Source of the DNA: an uncultured virus (IMG/VR IMGVR_UViG_3300025018_000005)
Lineage: Duplodnaviria > Heunggongvirae > Uroviricota > Caudoviricetes
Reading direction: 5' to 3' (one strand)
Virus record (IMG/VR): IMGVR_UViG_3300025018_000005
DNA length: 64,000 nucleotides
The translations under genes were made by a program, and so were the position numbers. The first letter of the stretch is position 1; each line of letters starts with the position of its first letter. The notes under the pieces are model-generated. The model made no database searches. It had not been told where the DNA came from and saw only the letters and a list, made by a program, of their open reading frames with translations. Positions 31,022 through 39,723 of this stretch are shown one piece after another.

Positions 31022-31569
31022 TAAAGAAATCAGAAGACGCTATAAACGAGATAATCAGAGTTGAAGGTGGTTATTCAAATGATCCATCTGACTCTGGCGG
31101 TGAAACAAAGTACGGTATAACAAAGGCTGTCGCCGAAAGTTTTGGCCTAACCAAGCCAGTAAAGTCGCTCACAAAAGATGATGCTAGATTAATTTATAAA
31201 TCAATGTATTGGGATTCTCTTCGGCTTAATGAAATCAGTGAAATAAATGAAGACCTTGCATTCGAATTATTCGATACCGGTGTAAATCTCGGTATTGGTG
31301 CAAGCGCTAAATTTTTGCAACGATGCCTGAATGTTCTGAACAACAAGCAAGAATTTTACAACGATATAAAGATTGATGGCGCCGTTGGAAATAACACTGT
31401 ATTGACGCTAAAAACTTTTTACAAGAAGCGCGGAGACGAAGGTATAGATGTTCTTGTAAATATGCTTAACTGTCTTCAGGGTGCGTTTTATGTAGAGCTT
31501 TGTGAGCGCAGAGAAAAAGATGAAAAATACATTTATGGCTGGATGGTGAATCGTGTCTCTAACACCTAG
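31018..31569 (+). CDS. endolysin, glycoside hydrolase family 108 with PG-binding domain
   Basis: EGGYSNDPSDSGGETKYGIT; FDTGVN.G; YIYGW..NR. Confidence 0.93.
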   Translation: MIKKSEDAINEIIRVEGGYSNDPSDSGGETKYGITKAVAESFGLTKPVKSLTKDDARLIYKSMYWDSLRLNEISEINEDLAFELFDTGVNLGIGASAKFLQRCLNVLNNKQEFYNDIKIDGAVGNNTVLTLKTFYKKRGDEGIDVLVNMLNCLQGAFYVELCERREKDEKYIYGWMVNRVSNT

Positions 31570-31780
31570 ACGAGCAAGACAAGTAGTTGTTTTCTGGATG
31601 ATGTTTATCGTTCAGACTGTCGTTGGATGGATGTTCCTACCTGGCGATATCGGAGCTAATGAGCTATCACTTTCAATGATAATAGTGCCAATGATGGTTT
31701 CCGGTATCATAGCATGGATTACTGGTGAGGCTATTGAGAAAGTTCAGCGCATGAAGCATTTACAGAAGGATGACGACTGA
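31553..31780 (+). CDS. holin candidate (2 TM)
   Basis: 75 aa, two TM segments, charged C-terminus, next to endolysin. Confidence 0.55.
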   Translation: MSLTPRRARQVVVFWMMFIVQTVVGWMFLPGDIGANELSLSMIIVPMMVSGIIAWITGEAIEKVQRMKHLQKDDD

Positions 31781-32190
31781 TGGATTTTATTCTTGGTATA
31801 GCTTTAATCTTATCACTAATCTTCAATGGCGGGCAGGCTATTGACAATATTAAAGATGAGAAGAAAATAGAAAAGCAGTCAACCTATATTGCTGTTATCG
31901 AAAACGATAATAAAACGCTGAAAGAATCAAGTGAAGCAAATCTCTTAGCTTACAAAGAGGCATTAAATCAAAATGATAAATATGACGATATTGTCGATGA
32001 TCTTGAGCGTAGGATCGAAAATTGTAACTCTGATCTCAGAAAGCAGATTGATAAGATTAATAATTGGAAAGACAGTGACAGGCTTAAACAAATTGCTATC
32101 GAAAACCTCAAAAGAGAAATTGACAGTCGTGGTGACATGCCTTCTTGTCGGGTTCCTGCTTGGGTGGATTTCGAAGCCGGTAAAAACTGA
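31780..32190 (+). CDS. i-spanin (Rz-like)
   Basis: N-terminal TM, coiled coil, C-terminal C.VP motif. Confidence 0.7.
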   Translation: MDFILGIALILSLIFNGGQAIDNIKDEKKIEKQSTYIAVIENDNKTLKESSEANLLAYKEALNQNDKYDDIVDDLERRIENCNSDLRKQIDKINNWKDSDRLKQIAIENLKREIDSRGDMPSCRVPAWVDFEAGKN

Positions 32191-32428
32191 GATAATATCT
32201 GTTGCTAGTCCTCCTGAGCCAATAGATAGGCCAGTAAAAGTAGTAGAGACCGTGTATTCGCTGCCTCCGCTTAATTGCTCAAAGACCAATATAAATCCTC
32301 ACGTTGGCGGTTTATCGATGTCTGAGTACGTAATATGGGGTCAGGAGGCATGGAATTGGATTGCTGATTGCAGTGACTCAATCATAGATTATCAAACACA
32401 GCTTGACAAAAAGAACAGCGGGAAATGA
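31973..32428 (+). CDS. o-spanin-like (Rz1-like) protein; start uncertain
   Basis: Overlaps the i-spanin end in another frame; hydrophobic leader, Pro-rich, two later Cys; no canonical lipobox Cys. Confidence 0.5.
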   Translation: MINMTILSMILSVGSKIVTLISESRLIRLIIGKTVTGLNKLLSKTSKEKLTVVVTCLLVGFLLGWISKPVKTEIISVASPPEPIDRPVKVVETVYSLPPLNCSKTNINPHVGGLSMSEYVIWGQEAWNWIADCSDSIIDYQTQLDKKNSGK

Positions 32429-32472
32429 TATAATCGACCTAATATAAAACTATAAACTTAAAATGGTCGAAC

Positions 32473-33141
32473 ATGGAAACAACATTTATCAACATTCTTG
32501 GTGGATTGGTGGCGTCTGGAAATTACGCTGGAGTAGCTGTAATGCTTGGTATTGCAGCTTTTTTTGCTATGTGGCGAAAATTAAAATCAATCGAGAACAA
32601 CCAGAAGCCTAAATTCAAGCACCAAGATTACAATAAGTTCATTGAGCATGACAGCATTGTCATGGACGATCTTGATCGGATTCGTCAAAAATACAACGCT
32701 GATCGAGCTATAGTCTTTGAACTAAGAAACGGTGAAGTAAATGTTGCAAATATACCTAGCATGAAAGTTCATATTAGGAATGAGCAGTTAAAGCCAAACG
32801 TACACTCAGTCAGCTCTGCAATTAACGGTGTTCCAGCGTCATTCTACTCAAGAATACTTAGACAGCTAGTAAAGAATGAAGTCTATTCCCTCCCTGATGT
32901 GTCAGACATAAAAGATACTGACTACGGCCTGTACCAAAACCTGATATACGCAAAAGTTAAGTCGCTCTATGCAATACCGTTGTTCGACTATTCAAACGCG
33001 CTCTATGGGTGTTTGATGATTGAATCCTGCGATAAGCACTTTAACTTCTCCGAGCAAGACATTGAGCGAATCGAAATAGACGCATCACGCTTGAACGGAG
33101 AAATTATGTCTATGAAGAAGGTTGAAGAAAGTCACTCGTAA
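32473..33141 (+). CDS. T4 gpT-like holin (TM plus GAF-like domain)
   Basis: N-terminal TM; ADRAIVFEL.NG...KSLYAIPLFD...YGCL.IE GAF-like pattern. Confidence 0.6.
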   Translation: METTFINILGGLVASGNYAGVAVMLGIAAFFAMWRKLKSIENNQKPKFKHQDYNKFIEHDSIVMDDLDRIRQKYNADRAIVFELRNGEVNVANIPSMKVHIRNEQLKPNVHSVSSAINGVPASFYSRILRQLVKNEVYSLPDVSDIKDTDYGLYQNLIYAKVKSLYAIPLFDYSNALYGCLMIESCDKHFNFSEQDIERIEIDASRLNGEIMSMKKVEESHS

Positions 33142-34781
33142 CCAATTATCTTGTGACCAATGTAGTTACCTGATGGTGTCACTTTTGCATTAGTGACATC
33201 AACATGTATCTTTGAGAATGGCTTTAAGCCGTAGTGATTTAACTCTGCGACAGCCGTTTCTATATGCTTTGGGCATTGGTGTGCTATGTCACCAGAAACC
33301 CTGTCTTCCCACCATCTACACGCCTCAATACGCTGCCAAGGCTCCCCACTAAAATACAAATAATCTTCAATTGAATTGATGCCAATTCCATACCGATAGC
33401 TTACCTTTAGCGAGTCATTTCCCTTTGCGTCTACGTGCTTAGCCCAAGACACATTATTAACATCAAATGCCTTAACAATCTGGTTAATGGTTGTTAGGTC
33501 GCCTTTGCTCGCCTCAGTGCCATGATTCGGTGTTGTATCTCCTCCAAATTCATATCCGCATTTAGGGCAGCTCTTATCAAGATATGGAACGATGTTATTG
33601 CACTGCCAACCATTTGATAAGATGCCTTGGCATTGCTTGAACGGAGTTTTCTTTGCTTGCTTCTTAGCTTCTTTAGTTGGTGGAGGTCCAATCATATCTA
33701 TTCGACCAAATCTCTCAACGTTTGAACCAAAATCAAGAATCAATGCGTTTATCTTTGACTCATGTGTTCTGAGCACTCTACCAAGTATCTGAAGCCACAG
33801 GCTGCTAGACTGCGTTGCTCTCAACACGATTAGCAAGTCTGCATTCTTTGCATTAAATCCTGTTGTTAGTGTGCCGACAGATATAATCCATCTCAGTTTG
33901 AAGTTCTTGAAATCATCAACGATTCGCTTGCGGTCTTCAGTGATAGTCTCACCAATGATAACCTCAGCAAATTCACCTCGATCTTCTAATGCTTTCTTAA
34001 TGTGCTCAGCATGGGCAACGTTGCACGCGAAGATCAATCCTGACTTTCTGTTGCTTGCATATCGCATAGCATCATCCAGCGCTGCATTGGTGACATTATC
34101 GTCATCCATGAGTCTAGCCATTTCTTCTTCATCAAATTCACCGGATTTTGCTTTTTTTATCTTACTAAAATCGAGAGTCAGGCTTGTTTTTGGAGTTATG
34201 ATTGGGCATAGAAATCCATCATTAAAGAGTTCGCTCATTGGAATGCTATAGACTATTTCAGTACAGATCCAAGTACCTTCAATGGTTCCAGATTCCAACT
34301 TCCAAGGAGTTGCTGACAGACTAACAATTCTAGCATGAGGGTTTTTCTTCCAAAGCTCAGTAAAGAACTGATGGTACATGCCACCAACTTTTAACGATGC
34401 TCTGTGAACTTCGTCAATGTAAACAACAGACACGTCGTTGAATAGTGATGCGTTCTTGTAAACAGATTGAATACCGCAAAACACAAGCTCACCAGTATGA
34501 TTTTTCTGCCCATAAGATGCGCTGTATGTTGTAGTTCTCGCGTCAGGCCATTGCTCAAGAAGTTCTTCTCTATTCTGGCCGATAAGCGCTGTTACATCTG
34601 TTAAGAACACCTGCTGCTTGTCAGGTGCTATGTCATACACCCTACGAGCTATCTCAGCTTGCATTAAGCTCTTGCCGGATGCCGTAGGTGCCTGAATGCA
34701 AGGATGACCATCTGTTTCAAACAAATAGTCAATCACTGCATTAATTGCGCCAAGCTGATATGGTCTTGGTATTAAAGCCAT
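33132..34781 (-). CDS. SF2 DExH helicase with zinc finger (RadD/YejH-like)
   Basis: PRPYQ, PTASGKS, IDEVH, LSATP, LTTGFN, QILGRVLR, CPKCGYEF. Confidence 0.92.
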   Translation of the reverse strand: MALIPRPYQLGAINAVIDYLFETDGHPCIQAPTASGKSLMQAEIARRVYDIAPDKQQVFLTDVTALIGQNREELLEQWPDARTTTYSASYGQKNHTGELVFCGIQSVYKNASLFNDVSVVYIDEVHRASLKVGGMYHQFFTELWKKNPHARIVSLSATPWKLESGTIEGTWICTEIVYSIPMSELFNDGFLCPIITPKTSLTLDFSKIKKAKSGEFDEEEMARLMDDDNVTNAALDDAMRYASNRKSGLIFACNVAHAEHIKKALEDRGEFAEVIIGETITEDRKRIVDDFKNFKLRWIISVGTLTTGFNAKNADLLIVLRATQSSSLWLQILGRVLRTHESKINALILDFGSNVERFGRIDMIGPPPTKEAKKQAKKTPFKQCQGILSNGWQCNNIVPYLDKSCPKCGYEFGGDTTPNHGTEASKGDLTTINQIVKAFDVNNVSWAKHVDAKGNDSLKVSYRYGIGINSIEDYLYFSGEPWQRIEACRWWEDRVSGDIAHQCPKHIETAVAELNHYGLKPFSKIHVDVTNAKVTPSGNYIGHKIIGYE

Positions 34782-34782
34782 A

Positions 34783-35001
34783 TTAAATAACGCCCTCCTT
34801 ATTCATCTTAATTATTTCATCAGAGTCGAATCCAGCCTCCTTTAATCGGATCAGATCTTTTATATCCATCTTTTCAGATTCAAAGGACTTCATTGAATCC
34901 ATCCAAGTTCCAATACAGCATCCTGTTGCGTCATAAACTAAGTTGTCATCGTGTACTTCAAGTAATACTTTTTTAGTCATTTTCTTCCTCGCTTTTACCA
35001 A
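34783..35001 (-). CDS. hypothetical protein
   Basis: Packed leftward operon. Confidence 0.5.
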   Translation of the reverse strand: MVKARKKMTKKVLLEVHDDNLVYDATGCCIGTWMDSMKSFESEKMDIKDLIRLKEAGFDSDEIIKMNKEGVI

Positions 35002-35320
35002 TTAATTTTATGGCTTCTTTCTCAAGCTCGACTCCAGAAACATTGTCTTTCGTATAAACATCAAGCTCAATTGCAGACTCGAACCAATCTCCATTATCAA
35101 GCAGCTTCCTCAAAATAGACTCAAGTGCATCAGTGCGCTTTTTTTGGTGTTCGATGCCTGCTTTGAATACGTCAAACATATCGTTAGAAAAATCTACGAC
35201 TGGAACCAACCATTCTTCTTTTGCTGTATAGCGGCCTAATTCTTCAGACCAGAATACACCATCCAATGGTAAGTCTTGAAATCTATCTTCAAACGCCTTT
35301 CTCATTGCTTCGTTATTCAT
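34973..35320 (-). CDS. hypothetical protein
   Basis: GGAG RBS, 115 aa. Confidence 0.6.
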   Translation of the reverse strand: MNNEAMRKAFEDRFQDLPLDGVFWSEELGRYTAKEEWLVPVVDFSNDMFDVFKAGIEHQKKRTDALESILRKLLDNGDWFESAIELDVYTKDNVSGVELEKEAIKLIGKSEEEND

Positions 35321-35352
35321 TATTTATTCTCCAATTGCGCTTTTATTATTTA

Positions 35353-35730
35353 TTAATCTGACTCATCAAGTACTCCGAGTTTTCTAAGTACTGTAATTTC
35401 AGCGTCACTAGGGTTGCTAATAGCTTTTTCCCATCCGTAAATTGTTGCTCCATAATATAGATCATGCAGCTCAAGATCTTCATCGAAATATTCACCTCCA
35501 ATCCTAATCATCTTTTCTTTAAATGTTTCAGTGCCAATAACGTCATACTTATCATCGTAAATATCGAAAGTTTCGCAATCTTCCTCTCTATCAGAAAAAG
35601 ATCCATATTGTTTTTCTTTATCAACCCACCGATAAACACTATCTACTGAGCTAGCAAGTAGAAATGTCTCAATTGATTCATGGCTGTCCTTCTGTGAAAA
35701 GTGTTGCACGTATATTTTATATATATCCAT
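35353..35730 (-). CDS. hypothetical acidic protein
   Basis: GGAGG RBS, 125 aa. Confidence 0.65.
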   Translation of the reverse strand: MDIYKIYVQHFSQKDSHESIETFLLASSVDSVYRWVDKEKQYGSFSDREEDCETFDIYDDKYDVIGTETFKEKMIRIGGEYFDEDLELHDLYYGATIYGWEKAISNPSDAEITVLRKLGVLDESD

Positions 35731-35739
35731 TTCACCCTC

Positions 35740-35925
35740 CTAATCTTCAACTATCTCATAGTCGCCATCGATATTATTATTTGCCCAGTCCTGCCAATAT
35801 TCACTCAGCAAGTCGTTTCGTTCTTCATCTGTCTCGCAATCGTTATATTCATCATCATCTACTTCAATAACGGCATTTTTACAAGCCGATGGAAATCCAA
35901 TTGATAAGCTAACTTTTAGTTTCAT
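35740..35925 (-). CDS. small acidic protein
   Basis: 61 aa, GGAGG RBS. Confidence 0.65.
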   Translation of the reverse strand: MKLKVSLSIGFPSACKNAVIEVDDDEYNDCETDEERNDLLSEYWQDWANNNIDGDYEIVED

Positions 35926-35932
35926 TGTTGCC

Positions 35933-35972
35933 CTCCATTAATCAATTCATAAAAATCTAAAGAGTTTTTATT
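35933..35972. repeat. 40-bp direct repeat, copy 1
   Basis: CTCCATTAATCAATTCATAAAAATCTAAAGAGTTTTTATT; 39/40 identical to 37162-37201. Confidence 0.95.
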
Positions 35973-37155
35973 TCAAAAACAACCCATAGTCAACAATCTT
36001 TAATGCGTTTTCCTTGAACTGCCTGTAGTTTACATGGTGGTGCCAACGATTAAATCGCCAAACAACTTTGGCAACATCTGGGTGTAAATCTGCTATCATT
36101 TGCGACTTAGGTTTAGTTCCCTCAATGTCATAAAACTCTTTGCTGTTGCCTCCACGCATACGCTGAGTTGTGACCTTTCCACAGAGAAATGCGTTCATTT
36201 GTATAGTGCATTTACCATCTTTTAACACTCGCAACGAGAGATCAGTGTCCTCATTGTACCGCCCTCTCCATCTGTATCCTGAATCGTTATCAATTAACAG
36301 GCAGGAGTATATTCGAGTATTAAATACAACTGGAGGAACCGCATCTCCATTTTTGCAAAATGAATAATAGTTAAGACCTGCAACTGGTACGTTTGTGTAA
36401 CGATCAACAAAATCCTCTGTCGCTGCCAATGTCGCACCAGTTCTAACCTCTAGCTTTTCATTATCAGTTAGGTAGTGAAAAGCGTCTAAGTTATCATCCA
36501 TAACCCAATGCTTTGAAAATCCATTTGCTTTTAAGTGATCTATGCAAAAATTTCTAGCGGCGCCTGGGCCTTTACTCTTGGTGTCACCAATATTATCGCA
36601 AGTGTCGTACTTATCAAGGTATTTTTTTGGTAGAACCAAAATTTTAGCATTTGTTTTTTCTTCGTACTCATTAGCTTCATGCTCCTCGCAAACAATGTAA
36701 TGGCTGACGCCCATTAAGTCCAATGCCTTTGTTGTAAGTCAATTGCTAGCTCTGCCTTTTGATACTATATAAACAGGGAATCTAGGCCCAGGATGATTAC
36801 TGTAATATTTTTTTTCGGTTATGCCACCCCAGTGAGACCTAAATGGATACCATATAGACTTTGTTTTTGATGTCAGCTTCTGATCAAGAACCACTTCTGC
36901 ATAATCAAGACTTTCAAAAACAACAAATTTCCCTAGAGCAACACCAAACGTCATACACCTATCAATAAACACACTATAATCATCTTCATTATCAAATCTG
37001 AGAAATATCTTTTGCAATCCAATAAGGCATATTATCTTTTTGTATTCAGTTTTTTTGTTTTGAACAAATCTAGGCATACCATGCCAATAGTTGTATTTAT
37101 TATTTATTGCCTTATTTGTTGCTTTTTCTTCCAGCTCAGTCATATCACTACCCAT
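35968..37155 (-). pseudogene. TET-associated/GREB1-like DNA glycosyltransferase with a fused N-terminal partner domain; one in-frame TGA
   Basis: ORFs 36739-37167 and 35968-36723 share a frame: FPVYIVSKGRASN*LTTKALD; GPGAARN, HWVMDDN, NTRIYSC, RYNEDTDL, MRGGN motifs. Confidence 0.75.
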
Positions 37156-37156
37156 A

Positions 37157-38143
37157 TCACACTCCATTAATTAATTCATAAAAATCTAAAGAGTTTTTAT
37201 TAATAAACTCGTTACCTGAGTCATCGCGATAAACAACGTTTCCAGATTCATCCATTTCGATGAGGTCAAGCCAATGTATGATGTTAGGATGATACTTGTG
37301 GCATTCCTTGAAGTCAACCATTTCTTTTTCATTTAAAGCATCTCCTGTCTTTGTGCAGTTCGCACCTGATAATGTAAATTCACAATAACCGCAATTTCTG
37401 CAATTAGGTTTTCCAATGTGACGACCTTTGCAGTACTCATAAGCTTCGCACTGACCTGTTTTCCAAACACACAGCGGCTTATCATATTGAAGGCTCCAAG
37501 CTGGTTCTGGTAATGCGTCACTAACTATAACGTCTTTTGCTTTTGCTTTCAACTCATTAAAGTAATTTTCATCAAAATCAGTCTCTACAACAACCGTTCG
37601 ATGATCTCCTGTTGAATTTAACTTCTCTCTTGCTCCGTGGCTGCAAGCCATAAGTATGTGTTTATGGATTCCAGAATAGCCGCAGTACAAAATTGCCTGA
37701 GCGTAATAGTTCTCATCCCATTTCTTTAATGCCGTTCCTTCGTCTTCTTGTATTAGCTTTGCGAGCTTCGCCTTCTTTTTGTCATCGGTAGACTTCGCTT
37801 CCCAAACATGAGGAGTTTTATCTATGACAATAATCCCATCCTGATGACCACGTAGCCAGTACATATCCTGAAGTGCGAACTGTTCTCCATTCTCTGCCTT
37901 GTCAAATAATTCAACGCCTGCTGCTTTTAGTCTTGAGATAAGTACATCTTCAGAGTGATGACCATCTGCAAAGTGCGATTCCGATTGGTAGTTTGTTTTT
38001 GGGTCGAATGCGTGTCTAAACTCAAGCCACTGTTTTCTGTTGCAGTGAGTGCCGAATGTAGACATGCCAAGGTACGTTCTACGCTGTTCAGGCTTATCTT
38101 CCATTGCCTTCCACATCTTTTCTAGTACGTTTTTATGCTTCAT
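37157..38143 (-). CDS. Cas4-like PD-(D/E)xK exonuclease
   Basis: YLGMS..G.HC.R..W..FR; GHQDGI..WEAKS; YYAQ..Y; C-terminal Cys clusters. Confidence 0.8.
   Translation of the reverse strand: MKHKNVLEKMWKAMEDKPEQRRTYLGMSTFGTHCNRKQWLEFRHAFDPKTNYQSESHFADGHHSEDVLISRLKAAGVELFDKAENGEQFALQDMYWLRGHQDGIIVIDKTPHVWEAKSTDDKKKAKLAKLIQEDEGTALKKWDENYYAQAILYCGYSGIHKHILMACSHGAREKLNSTGDHRTVVVETDFDENYFNELKAKAKDVIVSDALPEPAWSLQYDKPLCVWKTGQCEAYEYCKGRHIGKPNCRNCGYCEFTLSGANCTKTGDALNEKEMVDFKECHKYHPNIIHWLDLIEMDESGNVVYRDDSGNEFINKNSLDFYELINGV
37162..37201. repeat. 40-bp direct repeat, copy 2 (exonuclease 3' end)
   Basis: CTCCATTAATTAATTCATAAAAATCTAAAGAGTTTTTATT. Confidence 0.95.
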
Positions 38144-38154
38144 AAAACCTCCAT

Positions 38155-38179
38155 AAAAAAGGAGGCAATAAGCCTCCTT
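38155..38179 (-). terminator. intrinsic terminator
   Basis: AAGGAGGC-ttatt-GCCTCCTT followed by a T tract on the minus strand. Confidence 0.8.
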
Positions 38180-38199
38180 GATATTTAAATTAAATCAGA

Positions 38200-38775
38200 C
38201 TACTTACGTGCAAATGCGTTTGTATTCTGTTGTGTAAATCCACTAGCCTGACCGCCAAATCCGCCTTGTACTGGCTGAGCTTGTTGTGCAGGTTGTTGAG
38301 CTGCTTGCTGCAATGGTTGGCTTGAACCACCAACACCGGCCATCGGCTTGTAGTATGAAGGCTTAGCATCTTTCTCTCCAGATCCGTCATTCTTGTCAGC
38401 CAGTTTGGTTTTAACAACTAACATCTTCTGAATCAGGTTTGTTGGATCAGATGCCTGCTCTGGCGTTAAACCAGCAGCTTCACACAACTTAGCGTAGTTG
38501 ATCTTTCCGAAGTTTCGGTTATTGCCGTTATTGTCTTGGCGAATAACCTCAGTCTGACCATCTGACTCAAAAATAACAAAGTTATCAAACAACTTGCGAT
38601 TATCAAACTGTTGGTGATTTACAATTGATAGTTGAACTGAAACACCCCATTTACCTGACTTGTATTGCTTGTACTCAGCATTCTCTACAATGATAGGATA
38701 GTCACCATTTGGAATTGGTGCGTATGAGTTGTTTTCTTCCTGTGCTTGTTGGTAAGCGTCTGTCATATTTATCAT
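38200..38775 (-). CDS. single-stranded DNA-binding protein (DUF669-like)
   Basis: YAPIPNGDY; RKLFDNF; LCEAAG; Gln-rich tail; follows the Sak4-like gene. Confidence 0.75.
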   Translation of the reverse strand: MINMTDAYQQAQEENNSYAPIPNGDYPIIVENAEYKQYKSGKWGVSVQLSIVNHQQFDNRKLFDNFVIFESDGQTEVIRQDNNGNNRNFGKINYAKLCEAAGLTPEQASDPTNLIQKMLVVKTKLADKNDGSGEKDAKPSYYKPMAGVGGSSQPLQQAAQQPAQQAQPVQGGFGGQASGFTQQNTNAFARK

Positions 38776-38847
38776 AAAGTATATTCCTCTTGTTTGTTGA
38801 TTGTTGAGACTGATAATACCAGCCTCATTTCATTTGTCAAATACTAA

Positions 38848-39663
38848 TTAGTCTTGTTTGCTCCAAGAGCTCATTAATAAGTTTAAGTCCATAGGCATCT
38901 CAAGCGGCAATGGCGGATTAGATCGCGTTTTAGCCATGAAAGCAGGCATTTCGTTTGTGTACAAAATACGAGGACTCTCATTGTTAATAACCTTGTTTTC
39001 CTTCTGACCCATTTTGCCGTCAATTTTACGAACGATTGTTTTGTAGTTTGCAAACAAAACACCATCGCAATTCTTTTGCAGGTAACCAACAGCATCCCTA
39101 TGAAGCTCTGGAATCCATCGATCATAAGGTTCATTGTCTGGCACATTAACGTTCTTAACTTGTGAGTGACCAATCATCCAGACGTTGATATTAAGATCAT
39201 TGCGAATCGTCTCAAGCATAGAGAAAAAGTGCTGCCATTTCTTTAGTGCTCGCTTGTATCCACCACCAAAACCAAAATCTTCGATGTTCTTTTTGACGTT
39301 ACCCTTGTCATCACCTTCTGCACACACCACATCCCAAATCAAAGGCTCAAGTGCAGAAACAGAGTCGACAACTAAGTTGCTGATTGGGAATTTCTCACCG
39401 TTGGTTTTAGCTTCGATGCCAGCCATGTAAACCATCTCAAGCACACCAACAACTTCACCGTAATCTTGGAGTTTTACTCGACCATCATCAAACTGATACT
39501 GAGCAACATCAAGTTCACCGGTACCATCTTCGATTGGTACGAAGTAAGCGTCTGGCAGTAAACTGCACTGAGTTGACTTACCAATACCTGGGACTCCATA
39601 AAACAAGAAAATCTTTGCGTGATCTCGCTTGCCTTTTTTTACATTGTCAAAATTAAAACTCAT
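38848..39663 (-). CDS. Sak4-like AAA ssDNA-annealing ATPase
   Basis: YGVPGIGKST, LVVDS..LE, IGHSQVK, D.VLFANY, AKTR. Confidence 0.85.
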   Translation of the reverse strand: MSFNFDNVKKGKRDHAKIFLFYGVPGIGKSTQCSLLPDAYFVPIEDGTGELDVAQYQFDDGRVKLQDYGEVVGVLEMVYMAGIEAKTNGEKFPISNLVVDSVSALEPLIWDVVCAEGDDKGNVKKNIEDFGFGGGYKRALKKWQHFFSMLETIRNDLNINVWMIGHSQVKNVNVPDNEPYDRWIPELHRDAVGYLQKNCDGVLFANYKTIVRKIDGKMGQKENKVINNESPRILYTNEMPAFMAKTRSNPPLPLEMPMDLNLLMSSWSKQD

Positions 39664-39723
39664 ATTTGTTTATCTCCTATTTTAATTGAACCGCGAATAT
39701 TATCATATTTTCCAATTGCCATG

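Noticed and set aside
35933..37201. IS element or attL/attR of an integrated element
   Set aside because: No transposase, integrase or terminal inverted repeats lie between the direct repeats
37157..38143. CRISPR-Cas system
   Set aside because: The Cas4-like nuclease sits in a Sak4/SSB recombination module; no repeat-spacer array or other cas gene is seen
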